Source of the DNA: Parcubacteria group bacterium
Lineage (GTDB): Bacteria > Patescibacteriota > Minisyncoccia > SW-4-49-11
Reading direction: 5' to 3'
NCBI GenBank assembly: GCA_943354045.1
Contig: CALRBF010000004.1
Span: 710 to 64,709, forward strand
Length of the DNA: 64,000 bases
Shown here piece by piece: positions 1 to 10,135 of the stretch (its first letter is position 1; each line of letters opens with the position of its first letter). The position numbers and the translations under genes are program-made. The notes under the pieces were generated by a model. That model did not search any database. It was not told the origin of the DNA and worked only from the letters and a program-made list of their open reading frames with translations.

Positions 1-836
1 TGTCTCCAGGAGGAATTGATGGTAAATATGTATCTTCTCAATTGGACAAGTTATCTCAAGATAAAGATATTAAAGCTGTTCTGATTGATCTTACTACTCC
101 TGGGGGAGATCCTTGGGGTTCTAGTGATATAGCTGATGCTATTGAGTTCTATCAAAGGAAAACTAATCAAAAAGTTTATGTTTTTGTAAATGAATTGTCG
201 GCTTCAGGAGGTGCTTGGGCCTCTGCACCAGCTGCTACTATTATTGCTAGCCCAATAGCTATATTGGGTAGTGTAGGAGTTGCAGGGGGATATGCTCCTA
301 AATTTACTAATATTACATCCTATTCTCAAGGAGTTTTGGGATCTTCTGTTGATGCTGATATTGCATTTACTCCTCTTTATAGAGGTAAATGTAAACAGCC
401 AGATAATGAGCTCAATATTTCCGACGAGTATATAAAAAACTGTATTGATCCGGATTTAGATGGACTTTACTCAGCTTTTGTAGATCATATCAGTAAATAT
501 AATCAAATTTCTCCCGAAATAATTCGTAATGAAATAGGGGCTAGAGTTTTCTTCGGAAATTCTGCTGAGGCTAAAAAATATGGCCTTGTAGACCAAGTAG
601 GAAATGAAGAGTTTGCTATACAATTAATTAATCAGGAGTTAAATCAAGGTAATCCAATTCAAATTGTCAATGTATCAGAATATACTGGAGGACTATTAGA
701 AGCATTATTTGGATCTGTTTTACATTTATCCAAAACTAAAGCTTCACTTGCCCATACTTCATTTTGTCAATCTAATACCCCTTTATTATTATATGGAGAC
801 ATAAATCAAATTCGCACTAGTATTTGTAAAGAATAG
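1..836 (+). CDS. sppA: Signal peptide peptidase SppA (S49 family), 5'-truncated by the window start
   Basis: The reading frame is open from base 3 (SPGGIDGKYV...). It carries KAVLIDLTTPGG and the nucleophile motif LSASGGAWASAPAATIIASPIAILGSVGV typical of SppA/S49. The ORF track starts it at an internal TTG. Confidence 0.7.
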   Translation, partial: SPGGIDGKYVSSQLDKLSQDKDIKAVLIDLTTPGGDPWGSSDIADAIEFYQRKTNQKVYVFVNELSASGGAWASAPAATIIASPIAILGSVGVAGGYAPKFTNITSYSQGVLGSSVDADIAFTPLYRGKCKQPDNELNISDEYIKNCIDPDLDGLYSAFVDHISKYNQISPEIIRNEIGARVFFGNSAEAKKYGLVDQVGNEEFAIQLINQELNQGNPIQIVNVSEYTGGLLEALFGSVLHLSKTKASLAHTSFCQSNTPLLLYGDINQIRTSICKE

Positions 837-891
837 GTATATTGATATCATAATTAGGATAGAATATCTTAAGATGAAAGGGTATAATTAT

Positions 892-920
892 TTGACAAAA
901 ATAAATAATATCGATATACT
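892..920 (+). promoter_or_regulatory. Sigma70-type promoter for nusA (TTGACA-17 nt-TATACT)
   Basis: ttgaca at 892-897, a 17-nt spacer, then tatact at 915-920, about 95 nt upstream of the nusA ATG. Confidence 0.5.
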
Positions 921-1016
921 AATAATATATGAATGATAGTAAGATAGATCTGCTTTGAGATGAAGAGTAGGTCTATTTTATTTCATAGGGCAAGATAATA
1001 AGATAAGAATATCAGT

Positions 1017-2285
1017 ATGTTAGATGCAAAACAATTTGCCTTTGCCATTACCCAAATTGCAGAGGAGAAAAATATTCCAGAAGAGAAAATCATTGAGGTG
1101 ATAGAAACAGCTATTGCTGCTGCCTATAAAAAGGATTATGGGGAAAAAAGCCAAATTATTAAATCTCAATTAAATAGAGATTCTGGTGTGTTTTCTATTT
1201 TTCAATATAAGACGGTGGTAGATGTTGATGAAGAAGGATATATTATTCTCAAAGATAATCAGACTGCTGAAGAATTAGGGCAAGAACAGGAAGAAAGTGA
1301 AGATGGTATTCGAAAAATTCGATTTAATCCAGATAGACATATTTCTCTTACTGATGCGCAGGCGATTCAGTCCGATATCAAAGAAGGGGAGGAAATTGTA
1401 GAGGAATTAGAGCCAAAGGAAGAGTTTGGTCGTATTGCAGCTCAAACAGCAAAGCAAGTGTTAATGCAAAAAATTCGAGAAATTGAGCGAGCTACCGCTT
1501 TTGAAGTATATAAAGATAGAGTGGGAGAAATTATTGTTGGAACTGTTCAGAGAATGGACCGTGGTATTGTATTTGTTGATCTTGGAAAGGGTGTTGGGTT
1601 ATTATTCCCATCAGAGCAAGTATATGCAGATAATTATCGTATTGGAAGTAGATATAAATTCTTAATTCAAAATGTTGAGACTACTGATCGCGATCCTAAT
1701 ATTGTATTATCTCGCCGAAGTACAGATTTTGTGAAAACATTATTTGCTCTAGAGGTACCTGAAATTTTCTCAGGTACAGTTGAGATTGTAGCTATTGCCC
1801 GAGATGCTGGTGTGAGAACAAAATTAGCAGTAAAAGCTAAAGGAGATGGTATTGATCCGGTTGGTGCATGTGTAGGACAAAGAGGTACTAGAGTGCAATC
1901 TGTTATCAATGAACTTGGTGGAGAAAAAATAGATATTATTGAATATTCTGAAAAATTAGAAGATTTCATTAAAGCTGCTATTGCTCCCGCTCAAGTTGAA
2001 TCTATCACTATTGATGAGGAGAATCATCAGGTAAAAGTTATTGTACCTCAAGATCAATTATCTCTTGCTATTGGAGGATCAGGACAAAATGTCCGATTAG
2101 CTTCTAGGCTTACAGGATATGATATTAATTTGAATCCTGATACAAAAGATGAGACCAAACCAGCTCCAGTCGCAGAAGTTGCTTCAGAAGAAATAGTTGA
2201 GTCAAAAGAGGAGATAATTTCTACAGAAGAAAATACTGAAATAGTGGAGATTCCTGCTCAGACTGAGGAATTAACTACAGAATAA
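1017..2285 (+). CDS. nusA: Transcription termination/antitermination factor NusA
   Basis: N-terminal FAFAITQIAEEKNIPEEKIIEVIETAIAAAYKK, an S1 domain, and a KH region with GACVGQRGTRVQSVINELGGEKIDII. The acidic C-terminal tail is present. Confidence 0.9.
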   Translation: MLDAKQFAFAITQIAEEKNIPEEKIIEVIETAIAAAYKKDYGEKSQIIKSQLNRDSGVFSIFQYKTVVDVDEEGYIILKDNQTAEELGQEQEESEDGIRKIRFNPDRHISLTDAQAIQSDIKEGEEIVEELEPKEEFGRIAAQTAKQVLMQKIREIERATAFEVYKDRVGEIIVGTVQRMDRGIVFVDLGKGVGLLFPSEQVYADNYRIGSRYKFLIQNVETTDRDPNIVLSRRSTDFVKTLFALEVPEIFSGTVEIVAIARDAGVRTKLAVKAKGDGIDPVGACVGQRGTRVQSVINELGGEKIDIIEYSEKLEDFIKAAIAPAQVESITIDEENHQVKVIVPQDQLSLAIGGSGQNVRLASRLTGYDINLNPDTKDETKPAPVAEVASEEIVESKEEIISTEENTEIVEIPAQTEELTTE

Positions 2286-2333
2286 TCTAAAAATCCTAAA
2301 TAATTAATAGAATTAGTTTTAATTAATATACAT

Positions 2334-2870
2334 ATGAATCTATATACTGATGTTCCAAGATTAGAGTCTTTACCAGAGGAATTCAATGTAGTAATTGATA
2401 TTGCTATGAATTCTACCTCAAAATTTGAATATGATGAAAAAGGAGGATACTTTAAGTTAGATAGAACGTTATACTCTCCTTTGATTTATCCTTTTGAATA
2501 TGGTTTTGTACCACAAACTCATGGACAAGATGGAGATGCTTTAGATGTAATCTTACTTGCAACAAGGCCTACATTTTCTGGATGTGTAGTAAAGTCTAGA
2601 GCAGTAGGGGTGCTTAAAATGAGTGATGAGGCAGGAATTGATCATAAATTAATTTGTGCACCAGTAACAAAATTAGATCCCAGACTTTCTCATATTCAGG
2701 ATTTAGAAGATATTGAATCTCATCTCAAAAAAGAAATAGAATTATTCATGGCTGATTACAAAAAACTTGAGCCAGGAAAATATGAATTTGTAAAAATTGA
2801 AGGATTTGGAGATAAGTCAGAGGCACAAGCTATTTTAATTGCAGGAGCTGAGGCCTATGATAAAAAATAG
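2334..2870 (+). CDS. ppa: Inorganic pyrophosphatase (family I)
   Basis: DGDALDVILLA (the DxDxD signature). Length 178 aa. PQTHGQDGD ... DHKLICAPV matches soluble PPase. Confidence 0.85.
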   Translation: MNLYTDVPRLESLPEEFNVVIDIAMNSTSKFEYDEKGGYFKLDRTLYSPLIYPFEYGFVPQTHGQDGDALDVILLATRPTFSGCVVKSRAVGVLKMSDEAGIDHKLICAPVTKLDPRLSHIQDLEDIESHLKKEIELFMADYKKLEPGKYEFVKIEGFGDKSEAQAILIAGAEAYDKK

Positions 2871-2875
2871 ATAAT

Positions 2876-3256
2876 ATGACAAAGCTATTATTGTGGCTGA
2901 ATACAATATTACTCTTAGGTGGGCTGGGAGTGGTCTATTATATTATTGTTAAAACCAATCCTACTGAAGTAAATATAACATTTGTTTGGGGGCTTATTGC
3001 AAGTTTTAGTATCATTATCTGGTCTATTACAGCTTTTATAGGATATAGTGGGAGACTGTTTTTATTTCGGAATAAAACAAAAAGGCCAACATATCTATTA
3101 ATGCGATCAGAAAGACAAGCATTAATATTGGGTTTATTATTCGGACTCCATTTATCTTTACAAGGTTTTTTGCTTTGGAATGTATTTAATGCTACAATAT
3201 TAACGATAGCAGTATTTGTTTTAGAATTTTTCTTTATTGCTCAAGAGACAAAATAA
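2876..3256 (+). CDS. Small hypothetical integral membrane protein (4 predicted TM segments)
   Basis: A 126-aa hydrophobic ORF packed between ppa and pheS. No recognisable motif. Confidence 0.4.
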   Translation: MTKLLLWLNTILLLGGLGVVYYIIVKTNPTEVNITFVWGLIASFSIIIWSITAFIGYSGRLFLFRNKTKRPTYLLMRSERQALILGLLFGLHLSLQGFLLWNVFNATILTIAVFVLEFFFIAQETK

Positions 3257-3271
3257 TAGTAATAATAACAT

Positions 3272-4252
3272 ATGGCATCTATTGAATCAGTACAAATAGA
3301 ATATCAAAAAGATATTAAAAATAATTTAGAAATTAATGAGATAGAGCATAAGTATTTATCTCGTAAAGGATATATTGCAGAATTGTTCAAAGGGGTAAAA
3401 GATATTCTTCCAGAAGCTAAAGCAGAATATGGTCAAAAAGTAAATGAGCTAAAACAGAGTATTGAATCCTATATTACTGAACATAATTCAGCTCCTAAAA
3501 TTGAATCTATTGACATACATCCTGTTAATATTACAGATATCAAATCTGAGTTAGGTAGTATATCTCCAATATCTTGGCTTATATTTCGTATTCAGGATAT
3601 TTTTGCAGAGATTGGATTTTCTGTGGCAACTGGTCCAGAACTTGAAACTGAGAAATATAACTTTGATGCTCTCAATATACCTAAGTCTCACCCAGCACGA
3701 GATGTGTGGGATACTATTTGGGTTCAGAATCCAGCAGGAATAAAATCATTATTACGTACCCATACCTCACCAGTACAAGTCCATTATATGGAGTCACATA
3801 AGCCGCCTATTCGTATTATTGCTCCGGGTAAAGTATATCGTTATGAAGCAACAGATGCAACTCATGAGACAGTTTTTCATCAGGTAGAAGGTCTTATGAT
3901 AGATACAAGTACTAGTATTGCAACCTTTAAAGCTATAATACAGTATTTTTTCAAGGAATTATTTCAACAAGAAATCAAAATTCGGCTACGTCCAAGCTAT
4001 TTTCCCTTTACTGAACCAAGTTTTGAGATAGATATTTGGATAGAGGATCATTGGCTTGAAATCGCAGGTGCTGGAATGGTAAGTCGAGTAGTACTCAAAA
4101 ATGGTGGGATTACAGACCCTCATATACAAGGTTTTGCCTTTGGATTTGGGGTTGAAAGACTCGCAATGATATTATATGGTATTGATGATATTCGGCTTAT
4201 TCACTCAGCAGATATACGATTTGCATCTCAATTAGGTAAAATACAATTATGA
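3272..4252 (+). CDS. pheS: Phenylalanine--tRNA ligase alpha subunit
   Basis: FDALNIPKSHPARDVWDTIW and GFAFGFGVERLAMILYGIDDIRL, the class II aaRS motifs of PheS. Confidence 0.9.
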   Translation: MASIESVQIEYQKDIKNNLEINEIEHKYLSRKGYIAELFKGVKDILPEAKAEYGQKVNELKQSIESYITEHNSAPKIESIDIHPVNITDIKSELGSISPISWLIFRIQDIFAEIGFSVATGPELETEKYNFDALNIPKSHPARDVWDTIWVQNPAGIKSLLRTHTSPVQVHYMESHKPPIRIIAPGKVYRYEATDATHETVFHQVEGLMIDTSTSIATFKAIIQYFFKELFQQEIKIRLRPSYFPFTEPSFEIDIWIEDHWLEIAGAGMVSRVVLKNGGITDPHIQGFAFGFGVERLAMILYGIDDIRLIHSADIRFASQLGKIQL

Positions 4253-6543
4253 AAATACCATTCTCAACGCTTTTAGAATTTGTCCCTGAATTAACGCAAA
4301 CACCAGAACAAATAGCTGATCTAATTACTCTTAAAAGCTATGAAGTTGACTCGGTATATAATCCAGCTACCAGTCTTAATAATGTTGTGGTTGGGCATAT
4401 CCAAGAAATACAGCCACATCCTAATGCAGATAAATTGCAAATAGTACAGGTTGCTGTAGGGAATGGAGAAGTGTTAACCATTGTATGTGGGGCAAAAAAT
4501 ATAGAATTGGGTCAAAAAGTTGCTATAGCCCGTATAGGTGCAACGCTACCAAATGGACTTAGTATACAGGCAGTGAAACTAAGAGGACAAGATTCATTTG
4601 GTATGATTTGCTCAGCCCAAGAACTCGGTTTAGATGCAGGAGAGTCAAGTGGAGTATTAATATTACATCCTAATGCAACAGAGGGGAGGCCGGTATCAGA
4701 GGTATTGGGTCTTGATGAGGCAATTATTGATATTGATAATAAAGGCCTTGGAACTCGAGCTAGTGATTCCTCATCATTTTATGGAGTGGCTCGCGAAGTA
4801 GCACTTATTACAGAGAAGAAATTAAAACCTTTAGAATTAGCATCATTTCCTAAACAACAACTCAAACAACATATTCAAATTGAGACAAAAGCTTGTACCT
4901 ATTATTCACTTTTATCTTTATCTGGATTAAGTAATTATAAATTTGATTCAAATGTATTGAGTAAGGGAGTTTATAGAGTGGATTTATATGTACAGACCGG
5001 TACATTTAAATTAGATGATCGTATACATAAATTATTACAAGTATTAAATCAAAAATCTCATCATCCTGCTGTTGATCTGGGTAACTTTATTTTATTTGAA
5101 ATTGGGCAACCTGTACATATTTTTGATGCAGAGAAAATTAAAGGAGATACTTTAACTATAAGAGAAGCAAAAAAAGGGGAAACTCTGCTGACTATTCATA
5201 AGACAGAAATTGTATTAGAAAAAGGTGATATCGTTATTTGTGATGAAGATCAAATTATTGCTTTAGCGGGAATTATTGGCGGGGCTGCTGCCGCTGTGGG
5301 AGATGGAACTACTCAAGTTTTGATAGAAAGTGCTCACTTTGATGCAGAGCGAATTCGTAAAACAGCGAGAAGATTGAAATTATTAACGGAATCCGCTAGG
5401 CGTTTTGAGCGAAATATACCCGTAGAATTAGCTGATATTGCAATGCAACGTATTATTCACTTGGTAACACAATCAGGACTTGGAGTACTGGGTTATAGTC
5501 ATAAGGGGCATAATATAACTAATCATAAAGCAGTTACTCTGGATTATGATTATGTACGACATTATATTGGAGTAGATATTCCAGATGACAATATTAATGC
5601 TTTTCTGCAAGCTTTGCAAGTACATGTCAAGAAACCATTTGGGTCACATCAATATCATCTTACAGCACCCTATTGGAGATTGGATTTGAATACCCCTGAA
5701 GAATATATAGAAGAAATAGCTCGACTCTATGGATATGATATGATTCCAGCTACATTGAATATTGAAAAAATCAATCCAACTATTAATTCATTATTTGCAT
5801 TTAAACGAATAATATCAGAAACTTTAGCTAAAATTGGATATACAGAAATTATTACATATCCCTACTCGCTTGAGGGTGATCTCAAGCTAATTAACCCTGT
5901 AGATGAGTCCAAACCGTATTTACGAAAAAGTTTAACGCGGTCTCTGGCTGATGCTATTATATTAAATCAAAATTATCGAGATAAGTTGAAATTATTTGAG
6001 ATAAGTCATGTATTTACTGCGGAACAACATTTGCATTTGAGTATGGCCTTTTGGGATAAGTATAAAACATCCACTGAGAATATAAATCAAGCTTATCATG
6101 ATTTATATATAATTATTGCTCAATTAGGATTTGATAATAATCAGTTTAAAACACAAGTTAGTGATAGTAGTCATATAATCACTTATACTGAGCGGCCAAT
6201 TGGTTGGATTCATGCGCAAGATTTAGTAATTGAATTAGATATGACAGTATTGGCAGAAATTCTTATTCCTATTACAGAAAAATATATTCCTATTCCTAAA
6301 TACCCTTCAGTAAAAAGAGACATTACCATTGCTGTTTCTCCCAATATATCTTCTCAAGAAATCTATAATACTATTCAATCTTTAGTCTCAAAACGCTGTG
6401 AATATATTGGATTTAGGGATGTATTTGTAACAGAAATCGCTATAAAATATACATTTCATTTGGAATTCCGAGATCTCGAGCAATCCCTATCAGATGAAGA
6501 TGTCAATGCTGAAATAGCTATTATTGAAAAGCATTTTAATTAA
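4249..6543 (+). CDS. pheT: Phenylalanine--tRNA ligase beta subunit
   Basis: Overlaps the pheS stop by 4 nt. N-terminal tRNA-binding domain (VVGHIQEIQPHPNADKLQIVQVAVG), B3/4 and B5 regions. 764 aa. Confidence 0.85.
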   Translation: MKIPFSTLLEFVPELTQTPEQIADLITLKSYEVDSVYNPATSLNNVVVGHIQEIQPHPNADKLQIVQVAVGNGEVLTIVCGAKNIELGQKVAIARIGATLPNGLSIQAVKLRGQDSFGMICSAQELGLDAGESSGVLILHPNATEGRPVSEVLGLDEAIIDIDNKGLGTRASDSSSFYGVAREVALITEKKLKPLELASFPKQQLKQHIQIETKACTYYSLLSLSGLSNYKFDSNVLSKGVYRVDLYVQTGTFKLDDRIHKLLQVLNQKSHHPAVDLGNFILFEIGQPVHIFDAEKIKGDTLTIREAKKGETLLTIHKTEIVLEKGDIVICDEDQIIALAGIIGGAAAAVGDGTTQVLIESAHFDAERIRKTARRLKLLTESARRFERNIPVELADIAMQRIIHLVTQSGLGVLGYSHKGHNITNHKAVTLDYDYVRHYIGVDIPDDNINAFLQALQVHVKKPFGSHQYHLTAPYWRLDLNTPEEYIEEIARLYGYDMIPATLNIEKINPTINSLFAFKRIISETLAKIGYTEIITYPYSLEGDLKLINPVDESKPYLRKSLTRSLADAIILNQNYRDKLKLFEISHVFTAEQHLHLSMAFWDKYKTSTENINQAYHDLYIIIAQLGFDNNQFKTQVSDSSHIITYTERPIGWIHAQDLVIELDMTVLAEILIPITEKYIPIPKYPSVKRDITIAVSPNISSQEIYNTIQSLVSKRCEYIGFRDVFVTEIAIKYTFHLEFRDLEQSLSDEDVNAEIAIIEKHFN

Positions 6544-6566
6544 GCTTTAAAAAAGAGCTGTTATTA

Positions 6567-6595
6567 TTGACAAAATGATAATAATGCAGTATAAT
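6567..6595 (+). promoter_or_regulatory. Perfect-consensus sigma70 promoter for rplU (TTGACA-17 nt-TATAAT)
   Basis: ttgaca at 6567-6572, a 17-nt spacer, then tataat at 6590-6595, 22 nt upstream of the rplU start. Confidence 0.6.
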
Positions 6596-6617
6596 AAGTC
6601 CTAGTGTTAAATAAGTA

Positions 6618-6938
6618 GTGTATATGTTTGCAATTATTCGTACCGGAGGAAAGCAGTATCCAGTTGAAAAAGGAACTATTCTTAGAATTGAAAAGCTTCA
6701 TTCTGAAGAGGGTTCAGAAATTGTATTTGATGAAGTATTATTAATTAATAATGACTCAGATATTACTTTAGGAAATCCTACAGTAGCTAAGGCTAAAGTT
6801 AAAGGTAAAGTCTTAACTCAAGGACGAGGAAAAAAGCAAATTATTTTTAAATATAAGAATAAAACTCGATATAGTGTTAAAAATGGACATCGACAACCAT
6901 TTACAGAAGTAGAAATTACTGATATTAGTGTAAAATAA
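6618..6938 (+). CDS. rplU: 50S ribosomal protein L21
   Basis: MYMFAIIRTGGKQYPVEKG ... KGKKQIIFKYKNKTRY is the bL21 signature. Confidence 0.9.
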   Translation: MYMFAIIRTGGKQYPVEKGTILRIEKLHSEEGSEIVFDEVLLINNDSDITLGNPTVAKAKVKGKVLTQGRGKKQIIFKYKNKTRYSVKNGHRQPFTEVEITDISVK

Positions 6939-6953
6939 TATAATTGTATTCCT

Positions 6954-7217
6954 GTGGATACATATACAAAAATAGAAGCAGTATTAGAAGAAATTCGCCC
7001 AATGTTAGAATTAGATGGTGGAGGAGTTGAGATTGAGTCTTTTGAAAATGGTGATTTAACATTACATTTATTAGGAGCTTGCTCGGGATGTCCTATGTCC
7101 TCTATGACATTTGGTGTGGTGGTTGAGAGTAGGCTAAAAGAAGTATGTGGTGACAAAATCAAAAATATATATTATACTCAAGATAGTACAGAATATAATT
7201 ATCATTTAAGTAAATAA
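6954..7217 (+). CDS. NifU/Nfu C-terminal-domain Fe-S cluster scaffold-like protein
   Basis: LELDGGGVEIESFENGDLTLHLLGACSGCPMSS, with the CxxC motif of the Nfu family. It sits where rpmA would normally follow rplU. Confidence 0.7.
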   Translation: MDTYTKIEAVLEEIRPMLELDGGGVEIESFENGDLTLHLLGACSGCPMSSMTFGVVVESRLKEVCGDKIKNIYYTQDSTEYNYHLSK

Positions 7218-7219
7218 AT

Positions 7220-7489
7220 ATGGCAATTAAAACATTAGCAATAGATAGAGATAAATGTATTGGAGCAGCTAGCTGTATTGCAGTATATTCTGATGTATTC
7301 GAAATTGATGCAGAAGGAAAAGCAGTATTAAAGTTAAAGGGAGATAAAACAACTTCAGATAAGACAGATATTAAAGCACTTGATGTAACATCTGTGGATG
7401 ATGATACTTTATTATTAGCAGCTCAATCCTGTCCTACGGCTGCTATTTCTCTATTTGATGAAACGGGAACTCAGATATATCCAGAATAA
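7220..7489 (+). CDS. Small ferredoxin (Pyrococcus-type single-cluster Fd), only three Cys
   Basis: DRDKCIGAASCIAVYSDVFEIDAEGKA ... AQSCPTAAI parallels the P. furiosus Fd [23 protein letters not shown] ... CPVSAI. Confidence 0.65.
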   Translation: MAIKTLAIDRDKCIGAASCIAVYSDVFEIDAEGKAVLKLKGDKTTSDKTDIKALDVTSVDDDTLLLAAQSCPTAAISLFDETGTQIYPE

Positions 7490-7512
7490 ATATCTATTCA
7501 ATACCCAAATAT

Positions 7513-8316
7513 ATGTCCTCTTATCAAGTTATTGATTTAATTACACAATATCAAAGTAATTTCCCTGTATGGGGAGTGGCTGCAGTATTTTCATTTTGTC
7601 TTATACTTATCTTGTCTTTAGAAAAGGCCAAGAGAAAGGGAGTTCCTGGAGATGATATTTTTGGATTGGTGAGCATGACAGCCCTTGGAGGATTATTTAG
7701 TGCTAGAATTGCGTATTTACTTATGCATCAGGCTGATATTAATTTTATCTCTACATTAAGTTGGGGGGAAGTTTTTTATAAAGGGCATCTCAGTATTGTG
7801 GGAGGATATTTTGGAGCAGTTATTGTAGGTTGGTTTTATTTACAAGGATTTGCAGCCTTACAGAGATCTAAAATGTCTTGGCTTCGATTCTCTGATACAT
7901 TTTTATATATTATCCCACTCGGGTTGGCCTTTGGATATATTGGAGTATTTTTGGTAAGTATATCGAAGGGGGCTATCACAAATCAAGCATATCCATGGGT
8001 ATTCCCTATGGCTGACTCGTATATTCATCCATGGGGATTATATATTGCAGCTGGATATTTATTCTTATTCATGATACTATTCATATTAAATCAGCGATTA
8101 TATGAATTTCGCCGACCAGGTTATTTGACATCTGTATTTATATTGGGGGTTTCAACTATTCATTTCTTTGCCGATTTTTGGCAAACTACCGATTTGGCTT
8201 ATGGAGACCCAAGAATTATTGGACTTACCATTACCCAATGGGTGGCGATTATAGTTATTTTTATTACAGGGCTGACCCTTTTATTCAGAAGAGCAAGAAA
8301 TAGGGAAAAAGTATAA
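7513..8316 (+). CDS. Divergent prolipoprotein diacylglyceryl transferase (Lgt)-family membrane protein
   Basis: It aligns block by block with E. coli Lgt: GGLFSARIAYLL~GGRIGYVL, WGEVFYKGHLSIVGGYFG~WDGGMSFHGGLIG, IHPWGLYIAAGYLFLF~HPSQLYELLLEGVVLF, and ADFWQTTD~EFFRQPD. Several catalytic Arg/Asn/Glu are substituted. Confidence 0.5.
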   Translation: MSSYQVIDLITQYQSNFPVWGVAAVFSFCLILILSLEKAKRKGVPGDDIFGLVSMTALGGLFSARIAYLLMHQADINFISTLSWGEVFYKGHLSIVGGYFGAVIVGWFYLQGFAALQRSKMSWLRFSDTFLYIIPLGLAFGYIGVFLVSISKGAITNQAYPWVFPMADSYIHPWGLYIAAGYLFLFMILFILNQRLYEFRRPGYLTSVFILGVSTIHFFADFWQTTDLAYGDPRIIGLTITQWVAIIVIFITGLTLLFRRARNREKV

Positions 8317-8354
8317 TTATTCTACTCTCCCTTATCAATAACTGTGGAGAATAT

Positions 8355-10124
8355 ATGAATAATGAAGTAAAAGATTTAATAAAGCAAAAACTTGATATTG
8401 TAGATATTATTGGGGAATATGTAACATTAATTCCAGCCGGATCTAATTATAAAGCTTTATCACCCTTTCGTAGTGAGAAAAGTCCTTCCTTTATTGTAAG
8501 TCCAGAACTTCAAATATATAAAGATTTTGGAGGAGATAAAGCAGGAGATATATTCCAATTTATTATGGATATTGAAGGAGTGGAATTCAGAGAAGCTCTT
8601 CAAATATTATCAGAAAAGTCAGGAATATCATTACAATCAGTATCGGGAGATAAGTCGCCATATAAAGAGAATAATAAGAAAATTCTTCTTAATATATTAC
8701 AGGATAGTGCTAAAATATATCATTCTATTTTAGTACATCCTATTCATGGAGAAAAGGGGAGACAGTATTTGTATGAGAGAGGTTTAACAGATGAGCTTAT
8801 AGAATTATTTAGCATTGGTCTTGCGCCTCAAAATTATCAAACATTAACCAAACGCCTTATTACTAAATATTCCCCTTCTGATATTGAGTCCACAGGTATG
8901 GGAATACAGGGGCAACAAAATCATTTATATGATAGGTTTAGAGGTCGTATTATGATTCCTATACAAGATACATTAGGCCGAGTAGTCGGATTTACGGGAA
9001 GAATATTACCTGAATACGATGATGGTCAAATGGGCAAATATGTAAATTCTCCACAAACAAGTACTTATGATAAAAGCAAAGTATTATTCGGCTTATCTCA
9101 AGCTAAAATTGCTATTAAAACCCACAAAAGAGTTATTTTGGTAGAGGGGCAAATGGATGTGATTATGTCACATAAGGCGGGGGTCAAAGAAGTGGTTGCA
9201 GTTTCTGGTACAGCCTTAAGTGAATATCATATTACAGCTTTAATGCGATATACAGATCAATTCTTATTAGCTTTTGATAATGATTCCGCCGGAATAGCTG
9301 CTTGCCTACGCTCTGCAGCTCTCATTACCCAAAAGGGTGGAGTAGTAAAAGTTATTTATATAGAAGGAGGTAAAGATGCTGCTGATTTGGTCAGAGAAAA
9401 TCCTCAATTATGGGAAAAAGCCATTGAAAAAGCTGAAGATTTTATAGAGTATTATCTTAATCATATTGTAGCTAATATAAAATCAGAAAATATACCTGCT
9501 AAAAATAAGGCATTACAACAATTAATACAATGGATACAAGTAATTAATGATCCTATTGCAAAGAATTATTATACCAAAAAATTAGCAGATTTATTAAATA
9601 TGTCAGAAAAAGATATATATACTCAGATGAAAACTGATATAAAATCATATAATACTGATACAGTTGAGAAGCCTATAGATTCTGCTTCTGTTCGATTACA
9701 AAAACATATTATTGCTTATCTCCTTTACAAACCAGAAAATCGTGATATTCTTATATTAGAACAGTCTCTATTCACTCAATCAATATTGAGAGAATTGTTT
9801 ATCAAAATAAGAGACTACTGTACTGCCAAGTCTCCTAAAACATTAAGCTTAGCTGAATGTAAAGCATTTGTTTCAGATTCAGAATATTCAATTCTTGAAG
9901 AATTGTTATTGCCTATTTTTTATCAAATTGAGCAAATGCAATCAAGTGAAGAGCAAATTCAGCAAAGTATACAAGAAACAATTCATTTGCTCAAAACTCA
10001 ATATCAAAGCTCAGTAAGAAAAGCTTTATTGAAAAAATTAAAAGAAGCAAAAAAAGCAGGAGACAATGATAAGGTACAAGAGATTTTGGAAAAGTATAAA
10101 ATTTTCACCAAAAATACTAGATAA
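8355..10124 (+). CDS. dnaG: DNA primase DnaG (zinc-binding domain with all four ligands substituted, TOPRIM intact)
   Basis: [37 protein letters not shown]...[17 protein letters not shown] aligns to the E. coli CPFHNEKTPSFTV...YHCFGCGAHGNAIDFLM. TOPRIM motif [27 protein letters not shown]. It lies directly upstream of rpoD. Confidence 0.85.
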   Translation: MNNEVKDLIKQKLDIVDIIGEYVTLIPAGSNYKALSPFRSEKSPSFIVSPELQIYKDFGGDKAGDIFQFIMDIEGVEFREALQILSEKSGISLQSVSGDKSPYKENNKKILLNILQDSAKIYHSILVHPIHGEKGRQYLYERGLTDELIELFSIGLAPQNYQTLTKRLITKYSPSDIESTGMGIQGQQNHLYDRFRGRIMIPIQDTLGRVVGFTGRILPEYDDGQMGKYVNSPQTSTYDKSKVLFGLSQAKIAIKTHKRVILVEGQMDVIMSHKAGVKEVVAVSGTALSEYHITALMRYTDQFLLAFDNDSAGIAACLRSAALITQKGGVVKVIYIEGGKDAADLVRENPQLWEKAIEKAEDFIEYYLNHIVANIKSENIPAKNKALQQLIQWIQVINDPIAKNYYTKKLADLLNMSEKDIYTQMKTDIKSYNTDTVEKPIDSASVRLQKHIIAYLLYKPENRDILILEQSLFTQSILRELFIKIRDYCTAKSPKTLSLAECKAFVSDSEYSILEELLLPIFYQIEQMQSSEEQIQQSIQETIHLLKTQYQSSVRKALLKKLKEAKKAGDNDKVQEILEKYKIFTKNTR

Positions 10125-10135
10125 TAGCGTTATAT

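Noticed and set aside
1667-1969. Antisense or embedded ORFs from the six-frame track (for example 1667-1969 minus, 6818-7162 minus, 10117-10473 minus, 29068-29280 minus, 33764-34123 minus and 34309-34533 minus within the 16S, 50419-50763 minus, 52303-52644 minus, 57572-57886 minus).
   Set aside because: All lie opposite to, or inside, strongly supported conserved genes or the rRNA. They have low-complexity or Ser-rich translations typical of shadow ORFs in AT-rich DNA, and no motifs.
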